In this document: positions 35,397 through 47,274 of the stretch, piece by piece | Position numbering within the stretch: the first letter of the stretch is position 1 | Layout: each line of letters opens with the position of its first letter | Notes under the pieces: model-generated | What the model saw: the letters and a program-made list of their open reading frames with translations, nothing else | Told to the model about the DNA's origin: nothing | Databases searched by the model: none | Assembly: GCA_946965045.2 (NCBI GenBank) | Contig: OX337233.1 | Coordinates: forward strand, 1,240,001-1,304,000 | Reading direction: 5' to 3' | Length of the DNA: 64,000 nucleotides | DNA from: Epithemia pelagica | Lineage: Eukaryota > Protista > Bacillariophyta | Program-made: the position numbers and the translations under genes

Positions 35397-36170
35397 TTAT
35401 TCGTCCTCCTCGATCTTGCTTCGTCCGACGGTCGGTGGTCCACCAATGCCATGCGACAACAACCGAGTCGCCAATTGATCCGCAGTGGTTTCTATAGGCA
35501 GTTGAATCCATTGATGTTGGAGTTTGCCATGTCGATAGGCAAAGAGCGTCGGCAACTGATGGAGGGGCCACTGCTCGTCAATGGCAGACTGGTAGGGAAT
35601 GGCCACACATTTCACCCATGGCCATGCGTGAGCCAATTCGACCGTCGCGCGTTCGACACACCCCGTGCGTTCGAGATCGTTGGAGGTCAAGCACACAATC
35701 ACCCACACGTCCATGGATGCCTCATTGACCTCCACTGGCCATTCGGGACGCGAAATCGTATGGACTTGACCAAACAAGAATCGACGACCGGAAGAAGAAG
35801 AAGCTGCCGTTTGTTGTAATTCCTGTATGCGTTGTTCGCGGTAACGCTTCATAAAATCGTCGTCGTCGTCATCATCGTCCCAATCATTGTCATCGTCGTC
35901 GTCATCCGAATCCTTTTGGTGGTTGTCCGTTTCGGTTTGGACCCGCCAGGGATCTGGTCGACTCTGTTGCTCCTTGTCCTGCTCTACGTGTCGTTTCTGT
36001 TGCTCCAAGAGTGCTTGAGCTTGTTCCGGTGTGGCACCCTTGGCGATCAAGGCTTGTTGTTGGGTGACAATGCCATGACGAATGAGAGCGTCGTCAAATT
36101 CCGTCGTTTCCGTTGTGTATCTATAGGACGGCTGATTCACTGCGTAATTGGTCACGCCGTGACCTTCCAT
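35397..36170 (-). CDS. Phosducin-like protein (PhLP2/3 group)
   Basis: TTEFDDALIRHGI, acidic run + FMKRYREQRIQEL, FGQVHTISRPEW..EV.EAS..VWV, LPTLFAYRHG. ATG at 36170. Confidence 0.9.
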   Translation of the reverse strand: MEGHGVTNYAVNQPSYRYTTETTEFDDALIRHGIVTQQQALIAKGATPEQAQALLEQQKRHVEQDKEQQSRPDPWRVQTETDNHQKDSDDDDDDNDWDDDDDDDDFMKRYREQRIQELQQTAASSSSGRRFLFGQVHTISRPEWPVEVNEASMDVWVIVCLTSNDLERTGCVERATVELAHAWPWVKCVAIPYQSAIDEQWPLHQLPTLFAYRHGKLQHQWIQLPIETTADQLATRLLSHGIGGPPTVGRSKIEEDE

Positions 36171-36495
36171 GGTATATATCACAATCCTAGCAGCGGGAGA
36201 CTGGCAACAAACGTGTAAGGGCAAGGGCGAGGATCAGGATTGGAATGACAATGGTAAATGTACAAGAGATATATGGTGCTGAACTTGGAATAATTGAGGG
36301 TCGATCTATAAAAGGGGGTGAATTGGGGGGGTATAACGATGAGGTATCTGGGGGCAGAATACTAGCACGCCAGCCAGTCGTATAGACTCACCGCGCCTGG
36401 CGATCGGCCCAATTTTGTGCCGGATTTGGCTGCGTCAACACAACATCATCCTTTAAGATGTTCTATGACTACGATTTATCATATTGGATATCCTT

Positions 36496-36581
36496 ATGCA
36501 TCCCTCTCTTCTCTTGCCTCCATTTCGTCCTCTCCGAGATGCATCCCTCTCTTCTCTTGCCTCCATTTCGTCTTCTCCGAG
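36496..36581. repeat. 43-bp tandem duplication
   Basis: ATGCATCCCTCTCTTCTCTTGCCTCCATTTCGTC(C/T)TCTCCGAG twice, with 1 mismatch. Confidence 0.9.
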
Positions 36582-36649
36582 ATCTCAAAAGCTTTGCTGC
36601 GAGAGTGAAGCCTTTTTAATCGGATCCATTGAACAATAGGAAGCGAATC

Positions 36650-38497
36650 ATGTGTCGTTCATTAGTGCTGTGGAACATCGCACTTTTCGTGGCATCCATG
36701 ACATGTGTAATGGGAGCATCGTCAGAAGGTAAGGAACAAGGAGAGCATTACATGTGTGATGGATCGGCTACTATGGCATTCGTGGAACCTGAAATATTGT
36801 TTCTCACTACAATTGCATCTATAGCATTTCGGGTCGTTCCACGAACCGTTCAAGTGGACATTGTCAAAGACCGGCACTACAATGGAGATACCAACTGGAC
36901 GCTGACAAACCGCAAGGGCAAGGTGGTTTTGCATGGATCGTCGCCAACATTCCAGCGACGCATTGGTCCAGGACGCTTTTGTTTCCGCATGACAGATGCC
37001 TGGGGCGACGGCATTTGTTGTGGACGACAGGGCAATGGACGTTTTACCGTGACCGTGTCGGGCCCCAAAAATGTCAATGGCACCGTCGTTGCTTCGGGTG
37101 GGAATTTTCGATATTCCTCTGGCAATCGGTGTTTTCATGTCAATCGATATGGACAAACACGTCCCATGCGACCTCGTGGTACCAAACTCTGTCCCAATCC
37201 CAAAAAGAATCCTCAACGCTTCCACATGTGTCTGGACCTGGTCGATCCCAGTGGATTTTTACAAGCCCATGGCCTGTTGCAAGCCTCTGAAGAATCCCTC
37301 ATTCGGGCCAAGCGGCAATGGGAATCGGTCATTCTAGGTGGAGCTGGGAAACGGACGCATTTCACTCGAGATGGATTGCGTGTGCGAGATTTGTACGTCG
37401 AAGTCGTCATCAAGGCGGTGGATGGACAACGAGGAACGTTGGCCTATGCCGCTCCGGGACAAACCACGAAACGAACCAATACCACTACCACAGTAGTGAA
37501 TGGCCGTACCCCAGTCCAAGCCTTTACGGGAATTATGCATTTTGATTTGGACGATATTCCCAACATGATCCGGCTCGGAAACATGGATCATGTCGTCATG
37601 CATGAACTTGGTCATATATTAGGTACGACCCAAGTGTCAATAGACCATTCATGTGTTCCTGGCAAAAAAACAGAATCCTGACAGACGGATTGATCTGCTC
37701 TTTTTACTATGACTTGTCGTCACTTGTTTTCAGGCATTGGCACTCTGTTTCGACACAACCACTTGTACGATCGATGGCATCCGGAGCAGGGATACCAGGG
37801 TGACAATGGGAATTTTGCGTATCGCCAACTCTTGGTCGACAGCGGCGCCTCCATTGCACTCAACGATACGAATATTACCCTCCCTATTGAACAAGATGGT
37901 GGCATTGGGGTGGCGCACGGTCATTTTGATGAACGTTGCCTGTTTCAGGAACTCATGACGGGAATGTTGGGTCGCAAAAATACCTTTTCCAACATTACCA
38001 TTGCCGTCTTGGAGGATTTGGGATTTGAGGTCAATTACACACAAGCGGTAAACTTTACCTTGCCACCACGGCGTCTCCAAACCTGCTTGGAACTTTCCAA
38101 TTCAACCAACACCAATGCGACCAATGCAAACACAACAAGTACGTCCAGTACTTCTGCATCGGCTACTACAAATCCAAGCAACCCTGTATACATTGAGCAA
38201 GGCTATTGGAGCAGGGGATCTTCCAGACTACTGGTTTCTGGCGGAGCCAACTCCCAATCTGCAGGTACAAAAGCAAGACTCGGGTTCGACCACGATAATT
38301 CTAGAGAACAGGACGCCTTTTACTCGGGGATTCAATTTCTCAAGCACCACAATGGTGCTCCAGGTAAAAGACACCGAAACAGTCCTACTGGTTTCCCCGA
38401 CGATTCGGATCGCGAAGCGGTTAGCGTTGTATACGCCGGAAACAAGGAAGATTCCATGTTCGTACTGCATGTCGAGGCTCGACCCTCGAACACGTGA
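36650..38497 (+). CDS. Secreted leishmanolysin-like (M8) zinc metallopeptidase, 3 exons
   Basis: Signal peptide; introns 36729-36824 and 37623-37733; DAWGDGICCG domain; AVDG..GTLAYAAP, HELGHILG (HExxH), GHFDE...ELMTG, SNITIAVLEDLGFEVNY. Confidence 0.9.
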
Positions 38498-39019
38498 AAC
38501 AAGCTTTGGGTCATGCAAATGTAGAGCTGCTTGTACTACTAGCTACTAGAGGAGCTCTAACCCCAAAGGCAAACGTGATCCAAAGGGAAAGGCAAAGTCA
38601 CGGCGGCATCCTCCTCCCAACACCAGCAGAGCAAACGGAATGGCAACACAGCCCAACCAGCACCACACCCGAAACCGAGGGGACGAAACGGACGGCCGCG
38701 GAGGAATGAAACAGGACCAGCACCGCCAAAATACTGATGGTGACACGACAATCCCAGAGAACTACCACAGCCATAATTGAAACTCCTTCGGAAACACACC
38801 TGACCAAATTCAGGAGGCTCAGTCATTGGCCTAACCAAACAGTCCAGACAACTCGTTTCGCATTGTGAGTGAAAATGTCGTTGAATGCTAAGCTAGATAA
38901 AGAAACTCGAGCTAAATTCAAACAAATTCAAGAGTTAACATGTACTTGGGGTCTTGTGCAGAAAGAAGGTCAACTCGAAGGTGATCTCATCCTTTCATCC
39001 GTTCATTTCTCACATTGCC

Positions 39020-42000
39020 TCATTCCACATGTACAATATGCCCTTCTTCAGCAACCAACACATCTCGGGTTGCAATCACGTCGAAGATACAATCATCCTT
39101 ATCCGCCTTCCAATGCGAGCAGGCTTCCTCGGCTTCCTTGCGGAGCGCAGAGTCTCCCAATCGTCCTGATCGCTTCGCAGGGGGAGTACAAGTGTATGGG
39201 AACTGAGGAAAGCGAGAATCGTGGAACAACATGGGCTCGCTCTCACGAACCTGCCATTCCAAGGCAAATGCAGTGGCACCATCTTCGTCGGTGGGGCCGT
39301 TGACAATAAACTCTGTCTTGCCGTCTCGGCCAACCTTTTTGCCTGTACTCCATTCACCCAAAAGACCCAAGCTGCCCTGGAATATGTCACTGCTTCCACC
39401 ATCTACGATTACAGCAGGGAAACCATTTTTGCGAGTATGAAAGTCGATCTTGGCAGCGCCCATACGTTTGTGGGGGCCACTTCCGTCCCGGAGGCGAACC
39501 GAAAGAGCATTAGGATCACGGCGCACCAGAAAACCACCAAGCATGGTTTTGTGGTATATCTTGTTGGGTTCAGCCATTTCCCCATTGATCAAAAACTTCT
39601 CCGCATCGTTGGCGAACTCCAAGACATCAGTGCCAATCTGAAGAGCAATCTTCTCGATAAAAGAAAAATATCGAACGCGCCTTGTGCGGATGTGAAGCTT
39701 CATTCCTTGTCCATTGTTGAAAGAGGGGTTATCGACTAATACAAGATCACACTCCCCGTGATAGTCGAATTTGTCGCCAGTCCACTGGACACGTTACAGT
39801 ACAATAAGAAAGTTTGTCAGGGCTGTGTCAGAGCCAGCAGATATGCAATGAGTAAACAAATATCAGCTTACCGTCTTGAAATGAGGATCACCACTGCCGC
39901 TTCCTTTGTTGCTCGTAGGTTCAAGCTTGTGTTCTAGCTTCTGTTCTTCCTCCTCCCGACACCTTTTCTGTTCCTCCTCCTCCACCTTCTCTTCTTCTGG
40001 TTCCTCCGGTGTCTCCACCAGCGTTTCAGTATTGTTCATCTCACTCTGCTGTCGCTCGGTCTGCGCTGCAACTTCCAAACCACCTGCCAGTCCGTCCATG
40101 ATACATTCGAGATCACTTCCACAAATGCCATACAACGGAGAGGTTTGGTCCAAATTCTTGATTAAGTTCTCAAGAGTAGGGTCATACTCATAGTCGCAGG
40201 TGAACTTGTTATGGAATCTGTTTTGGTTTTCATCTTCGATACACCAATTTCCCTTACAGTAGTTGAATGCTTCCTCCCACTTTGTATCGGTGATGGGAAG
40301 TGTAGCTGCGGCCACGTCCATCCAATCATTCTCACTGATGGCATCCGGAGAACCAAATAACCCAATTATACGCTCTTTCTTGAGTTCATCGGGGAGACAC
40401 AATTCAATGTTGATGTAGCGTCCAAGTCTATCGCGGCTATGGAAATTGTAGGTTATCTTCAGCTGAATCCGGGACTCTGGATAGTAAAACATGCGAACAC
40501 CGCGGGAGACAAAGTAGTGGAGATGTGGTGTACCAGTAGTTTGGGTGCCAAGTTGACCATAGTTCCTATCAATCCCGTCGTTCTTTGATTGAAAAGAAGA
40601 ACAAAAAAGTTAGGAACACTGCCTGGGTTTTGTTTATTGTCAACCAGGAGGTGACTTACCGACTGTCCGCCAATCCACCATTTACGGCGCAAGGTACTGA
40701 TATCAAACTCAACATCGGGTTCATTGGGATTTCCAGTTCTCAAATGGAATCCAGTCATAACCGTCACGCCTTTGATCGAATTGTCGAAAGGCTTCTTGAA
40801 CTTTCCTTGCAATTCAAAGCCCGAGTCAAGAGATTTTGCAAGGATATGATCGCCCTGTCCTTGGCAGCTGTAACGAAGCCCATCATAGGTAACAATATCT
40901 GACATAAAACGAGGAGGTAAGATGACCAGTTCGCCGAAATGAAAAATATCCATCTCTTGTCGTGTGGTTTTGATTGCTACACTTCAAGAAAACACGTGAA
41001 CTTACGGGGATCACCCCAAGCAGCAGCGCAGGTGGGGTTCAGTTCGGACGGATAAAATTTTGCGGATTTCACACACATGACAGTATCAATGGATGGCTGG
41101 TAGCCTGGGTCAATGAGATCTTTATCACGCAACGACGACAGCTCCCTCTGCTCGTTGGAATTGCCATTGCAGTAGCTCTTATCATTCACATAGAACTCTT
41201 TGTTCTTGCAACCTCCGTTCATACCTCTGGTGGTGTACAAAATAAAAAATGAGTTAGAAGAATGTTCACAAAACGACCACGACACTATACTCTCACAGCT
41301 CGTGAGATACCTACCCCAAGGGCACGTTGTCTCGGTCAAGACGCCTAGAGCCTTCACACCATGGATCCCAAACTTCTGTCTCATCTTCTGTTACCTTTTC
41401 CCAAAACGAACCACTCTCAGATCCAGAACAGTAGCAAACGGCTTGGCAGTCATTGGGATCAGGGTAGAAGCCCACCTTCGCATCGGCTGGACATTCAAAC
41501 GAACATTCCTTGCCATCGCAACTATCCGGTTTCTTACAGAAGGGATCAAAGAGCTTTTTCTCTCGGTATACAGCTGGGCCGGGAAGGTACGTCTTGCAGA
41601 CTTCGCTAACGCCGTTCGCAGAAACAGTGTCTGCAAGCTGAAGCAGCGTGCCTAGATTGTAGTTATCCACAACGGCAGTCCACTTGTGCTCGGGTCCTGG
41701 CACAAGCCCTCCCCAAACATCCCTGCCAACATACCGATTCCATTTTCCATTGCACCACTCGTAGCGGTATGGGAGCCTTCGGCCTTTTGCCAAACAAAAG
41801 TGAAAGGCATCACTCCAAGTCTCCACGCCAGCGATTTCATCACCTTCATGGACCGTAAGTTTTGGGTCGCTGTCATTATGGGAAATGATCATTTCGTGCT
41901 CGTACACAACACCTGCTTTCACTGCGAGGTCATCCAAGAGTTTAATTCCATCAGTGGACTTGGACAAGCACTTGCCCCACTGCTTCCCAGAGATGCGACC

Positions 42001-42561
42001 TTCGCAAATAGGATAGTTGGGGTCTTGACAGTGACGACTGTTGTCCTGACCGGTGTAGTCTGTATTACAGTCCTGTCCACTGGGATCAGGTCGGGGAGCT
42101 TCAGGATCTAGAGGCATGGGATTCGTTGACCTTGCATAGCAAAAGCCCTGAACGCAGTCAGGGTAGTCAGGATCCTGACATTCATTCCCAAATTTAGCGT
42201 TCCCAAAGTCCCGTCCGCATCTCTGGTACCTAGGATCGACAGCAAGTGTCTCGAGAGGAGGCCGCGCAAAGCACCTTCCCAACGAAACTCCGCGTTTCGA
42301 ACCTTCGCAATTCGGATAGTCCGGATTTTGGCAGGCGAAACGGTGTTCTCTTGGATAGTCGAAGCGACATTTCTGTGCACATAATGATTAGTTTGATCTG
42401 TTCGAAGGTCAAAGTGTGGTGAAACAACGTTTGCTGACTTATCTTACCTGGTAGCTTGGATCCGATTCTGGAGCGGGAAACACCATATGCGTACTGCCTT
42501 CCACGGCGGCATTCTTGTTGATAGTCGCAGCAAGAAAGACGACGGCAGTTGACAACTTCAT
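39020..42561 (-). CDS. Modular secreted protein: 3 Cys-rich repeats + lectin-like + chitin-binding type 2-like + two vWF-D domains (6 exons)
   Basis: Signal MKLSTAVVFLAA. Five GT-AG introns join the track ORFs in frame. GDP-HIVTYDGLRYSCQGQG and GDPHFKT-WTGDKFDYHGECDLVL are each split by an intron. CPADAKVGFYPDPNDCQAVCYC is present. Confidence 0.85.
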
Positions 42562-42642
42562 GGTGCTTGAACCAGTGGTTTTCTGATTACTCGGCCGGTG
42601 TCTCACTCAAAATCCGATATAGCTTGCTCGATGCAGATGGGA

Positions 42643-44798
42643 GCACAATGAAATATGCGAACTCCGAATGTAAAAATCACAGAGCTGATGGAGCAAAGTT
42701 GTTGCTTTCTCGTCGTGAGTCGTGACACGCAGTTGATGGTTCTCATGGTGCATGGTGCACTCTGCACTCTTATGAGTAATGAAGAACATGGCTCTTTGTG
42801 ACTTTTACGACTCTCATGTAAAATGCAATGACCCTCGCTATCAGTGTAAAAAAGATGCAACAATTTTCATCGGTAATCGGTATAAGGTATTATGAGCACC
42901 TCTGGGTTTGACATGATACCGATTGAGATGCTGGGCAAGCATCAAAATGCAAAAGAACCAAAGGATTTTATGAGAGGATCAACCATCGAAGTTTGTGTTT
43001 GGAGAGTTGATCCAAGTTCATGACAGACAGACGGCAGTAAGCCACGGGAGAAACCGACATCGTTGACAAGTTTCGGAACAAGTATAGTAGGAGGCACCAT
43101 GATGTTCCAGTACCGAGTGATATGACCACCATAAAACCATCATCGACTTGCAGATAGAGAGTTGTATGATTCAATGATATGCACCGAATTACGGAGCTCC
43201 GAATGCGGCAGTCATCAAAAGTGAAGATTGATGCCAACCGGCATCTGAAATCTGGGAATGCACAATGAAATATGCGAACTCCGAATGTAAAAATCACAGA
43301 GCTGATGGAGCAAAGTTGTTGCTTTCTCGTCGTGAGTCGTGACACGCAGTTGATGGTTCTCGTGGTGCATGGTGCACTCTGCACTCTTATGAGTAATGAA
43401 GAACGTGGCTCTTTGTGACTTTTATGACTCTTATGTAAAATGCAATGACCCTCGCTATCAGTGTAAAAAGATGCAACAATAACCATCGGTAATCGGTATC
43501 AGGTATTATCAGCACCTCTGGGTTTGATATGAAACCGATTGAGACGCTGGGCAAGCATCAAAATGCAAAAGAACCAAAGGATTTTATGAGAGGATCAACC
43601 ATCGAAGTTTGTGTTTGGAGAGTTGATCCAAGTTCATGACAGACGGCAGTAAGCCACGGGAGAAACCGACATCGTTGACAAGTTTCGGAACAAGTATAGT
43701 AGGAGGCACCATGATGTTCCAGTACCGAGTGATATGACCACCATAAAACCATCATCGACTTGCAGATAGAGAGTTGTATGATTCAATGATATGCACCGAA
43801 TTGCGGAGCTCCGAATGCGGCAGTCGTCAGAAGTGAAGATTGATGCCAACCGGCATCTGAAAATCTGGGAATGCACAATGAAATATGCGAACTCCGTATG
43901 TAAAAATCACAGAGCTGATGGAGCAAAGTTGTTGCTTTCTCGTCGTGAGTCGTGACACGCAGTTGATGGTTCTCGTGGTGCATGGTGCACTCTGCACTCT
44001 TATGAGTAATGAAGAACATGGCTCTTTGTGACTTTTATGACTCTTATGTAAAATGCAATGACCCTCGCTATCAGTGTAAAAAGATGCAACAATAACCATC
44101 GGTAATCGGTATAAGGTATTATGAGCACCTCTGGGTTTGATATGATACCGATTGAGATGCTGGGCAAGCATCAAAATGCAAAAGAACCAAAGGATTTTAT
44201 GAGAGGATCAACCATCGAAGTTTGTGTTTGGAGAGTTGATCCAAGTTCATGACAGACGGCAGTAAGCCACGGGAGAAACCGACATCGTTGACAAGTTTCG
44301 GAACAAGTATAGTAGGAGGCACCATGATGTTCCAGTACCGAGTGATATGACCACCATAAAACCATCATCGACTTGCAGATAGAGAGTTGTATGATTCAAT
44401 GATATGCACCGAATTGCGGAGCTCCGAATGCGGCAGTCGTCAGAAGTGAAGATTGATGCCAACCGGCATCTGAAAATCTGGGAATGCACAATGAAATATG
44501 CGAACTCCGTATGTAAAAATCACAGAGCTGATGGAGCAAAGTTGTTGCTTTCTCGTCGTGAGTCGTGACACGCAGTTGATGGTTCTCGTGGTGCATGGTG
44601 CACTCTGCACTCTTATGAGTAATGAAGAACATGGCTCTTTGTGACTTTTATGACTCTTATGTAAAATGCAATGACCCTCGCTATCAGTGTAAAAAGATGC
44701 AACAATAACCATCGGTAATCGGTATAAGGTATTATGAGCACCTCTGGGTTTGATATGATACCGATTGAGATGCTGGGCAAGCATCAAAATGCAAAAGA
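42643..44798. repeat. Tandem array of a 613-617 bp unit (about 3.5 copies)
   Basis: Junction TCAGTGTAAAAAGATGC recurs at 42841, 43458, 44071 and 44684 (periods 617, 613, 613). Confidence 0.95.
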
Positions 44799-45945
44799 GC
44801 CAAAGGGCATCGGTCAATTGACCAAATTTTTAGAGGTGGCTCCAGCAACAGCTCATCTCTGCTGGAGCTAGGTAAGCGCTGGAGACGTCTCTGCTGGAGC
44901 TAGGTAAGCGCGTGCGCTGGAGAAAAGACTACCTGTGCTACCATGATGAAAATACTTAGCTACTCCTAGAAGCTAGTGAATCTATCTTGTGGTGAGAACA
45001 CATGTTCCCAATTTTCACGTAAAAAAGGTAAATCTGTAACGGTGGAAGGGTCCAGTGATGCTTGTTTCGCAGATGTGATCAGTCCTGCAATACTGAACGA
45101 CCTTTCGGAAGAGGCAGCAGTCGCAGGCAATGCAAGATATTTTCTTGCTAGGCACCAAATGTTGGGATCTTGACTTACTTTCATCTTCCACATGATGCTC
45201 TTCCACCTTTGATGAGTCATCATTATCATTGCAATCAGACATTGTGGAAGGCAGTGTGGAGCAAATGAATGGCATAGGGTCAGTCATGACCAGTGCGGAG
45301 CAAATGAATGACATGCAACAGTCAGAGACCAATGTAGCGCTTACCTGCTTACCTTTCCAGCAACAGAAAATCTCTGCTGGAGTTTCTCCAGCGCTGGAGC
45401 TCCAGCGCTGGAGCTTCGCGTCCGCTTACCGCTGGAGCCACCTCTACAAATTTTGTCCGATGCCCGATAAAATAGATATCCTTATGCCTTATGCCCATTA
45501 CCTCGGTTTTGTTGGCCAAGTCGCGGTAAAGTCGCGCCTTCTGATGGCCATTTGGCCGACAATTTTGCGATGACTAGTGTCTAGTCTACCTCCGGGTACC
45601 CTACGTAGAAAGCCTAGGAGTACCAGAAATTCAAATCTGGAACATAAATTTTTCTTTAAAAAGTTTGGCCGATTCGACCACTGAACATATAAAAAATTCC
45701 TCATATTCGATTTCCTGTAGAGAATTTTTACCCCAAGCCTTGAAAACCACTTTGAAAATTGAGTGATTTTCCTTTGCGTAGGAAAATGTACTGGGGTATA
45801 CTTGTCCTCACCATGAGGACAGCGGTAGACTAGACACTAGAAACTAGAAATAGTCGACGTCGGTAGCTCCGTAGTAATTGACAATGATCCGCGTCTTGAA
45901 AATTATGTTGGCCGACTGGCCATCAGAATTTCTGGTAGGCTAGCT
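44684..45945. repeat. Composite repeat, copy B
   Basis: Near-identical to 26772-28034. Confidence 0.9.
44831..45446 (-). mobile_element. Non-autonomous hAT element, second copy
   Basis: Same TIRs and the same TSD CAAATTTT (44823-44830 and 45447-45454). Confidence 0.92.
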
Positions 45946-47274
45946 ACGTACAGACCAGATTCGGCAATGGAATCATACTAACTGCAACAGACCATATCTA
46001 GTTGTGTCTACGAGTGCCTACTAGCTAGAGCAATGCAATCAAACGGTTGCTGGCAATAGAGTAACTTACCGTAGATGATACAGACTGTCTCTCTTGTGGT
46101 TGTTACTACATTTTGTAGAACAGAAAAGGGAAAGGATGAAAAATCAGAGCCCATACCATTTAAAGGTCGATTTGAGGATGCCCCAGGAAAGAGGCACATC
46201 CGGCAGGATCCCTTGCCAGCACCACCCATGCCACCAGTGGATCAACAACCAACCATGGAGATGTATGGGGTATGGCGTAAGTGTCGAATGATACAACAGT
46301 GCAGTCCAATTTAGAACTGTTCTACGGTTAGCCGGACTCTTTGCTTCCCTGTAGGGTTTAAACTAGCCATGTTGATTGATGAGGATTCATCTACTGGCAA
46401 CTGATGGAAATAGCAATACATGAACAAGGCAGACACTATAGCTATACATGACACTGGGAGTAGGCAGAGAAGGTTGATACCTCGTACATTAGCTACCAGA
46501 AACACTCTTGTTTCTCGTCGGGGCCAAGGATCTCCCGGACTCAAAGTATGTGGATTGCCACCACGGAATGGTAAAGTGGGAGACAAAAATGATGGATTTG
46601 GTCCCAGTGGCTCGGAGTCAAAGATAAATGACCATGCAAAAGAAAACAAACACATGAGTCATCCCACGATTCCACCATTGTGTCGGAAGGTGAACAGTAG
46701 CTATTGTAGACATTCTGATGACTCGAAGTATGGAAACAAGAGGCTGCGATCAACAGTAGACCTTTCACTGTATCCACAACCCTTGCCATGTTGGTTTTAT
46801 AGCCATCATCGGAATACTGGTCCTTGAGCCAAATTGAGCCCAAGCCAATGGAGTACTTTGTTTCACTCAAAAACTTGAAATCTCCTTTGTGACGACGGGT
46901 AGTTTTCGCAACTAAGCCATAGTCTTCCTGTATCGGAAGTAGAAAGATTCCAAATTCCATGCCCTACATACGTAGCTGGTACATTTCTTTACATACGTAA
47001 ATATACGTAGACTAGTACTGGATGGTCGCTGTGGCCATCAATACTTCTACAAAACACATCATCGGCGTGACGAGTGACGAGTGACGAGAGGTCAGTCGGT
47101 CGCTCATCTCGTCTCCAACGTAATTTCGGAATTGCGTTCGCCTATAATTTCAAGATCGAACGATTTTGAAAGCCTTGATTTGCGCGCGAAAAGTTGATAG
47201 CATTGGTTCTACGGTGTTTAAGTACTAGATCTACGTAGAGAAGCGGCTCTAAGCCTCTGCAACGCGGTTTCACC

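Noticed and set aside
42643-44798. CRISPR-like array
   Set aside because: Units are 613 bp and repeat in full with no unique spacers; the context is eukaryotic and there are no cas genes.
42841-44798. Firm call as a TRIM or tandem-LTR array
   Set aside because: TG/CA junctions are present but no recognisable PBS, PPT or 5-bp TSD was found; kept only as a hypothesis.
45942-46977. TIR element bounded by AGCTACGTA / TACGTAGCT
   Set aside because: Only 9 bp, built on the TACGTA palindrome, with no TSD. The interior is stop-riddled and unassignable.
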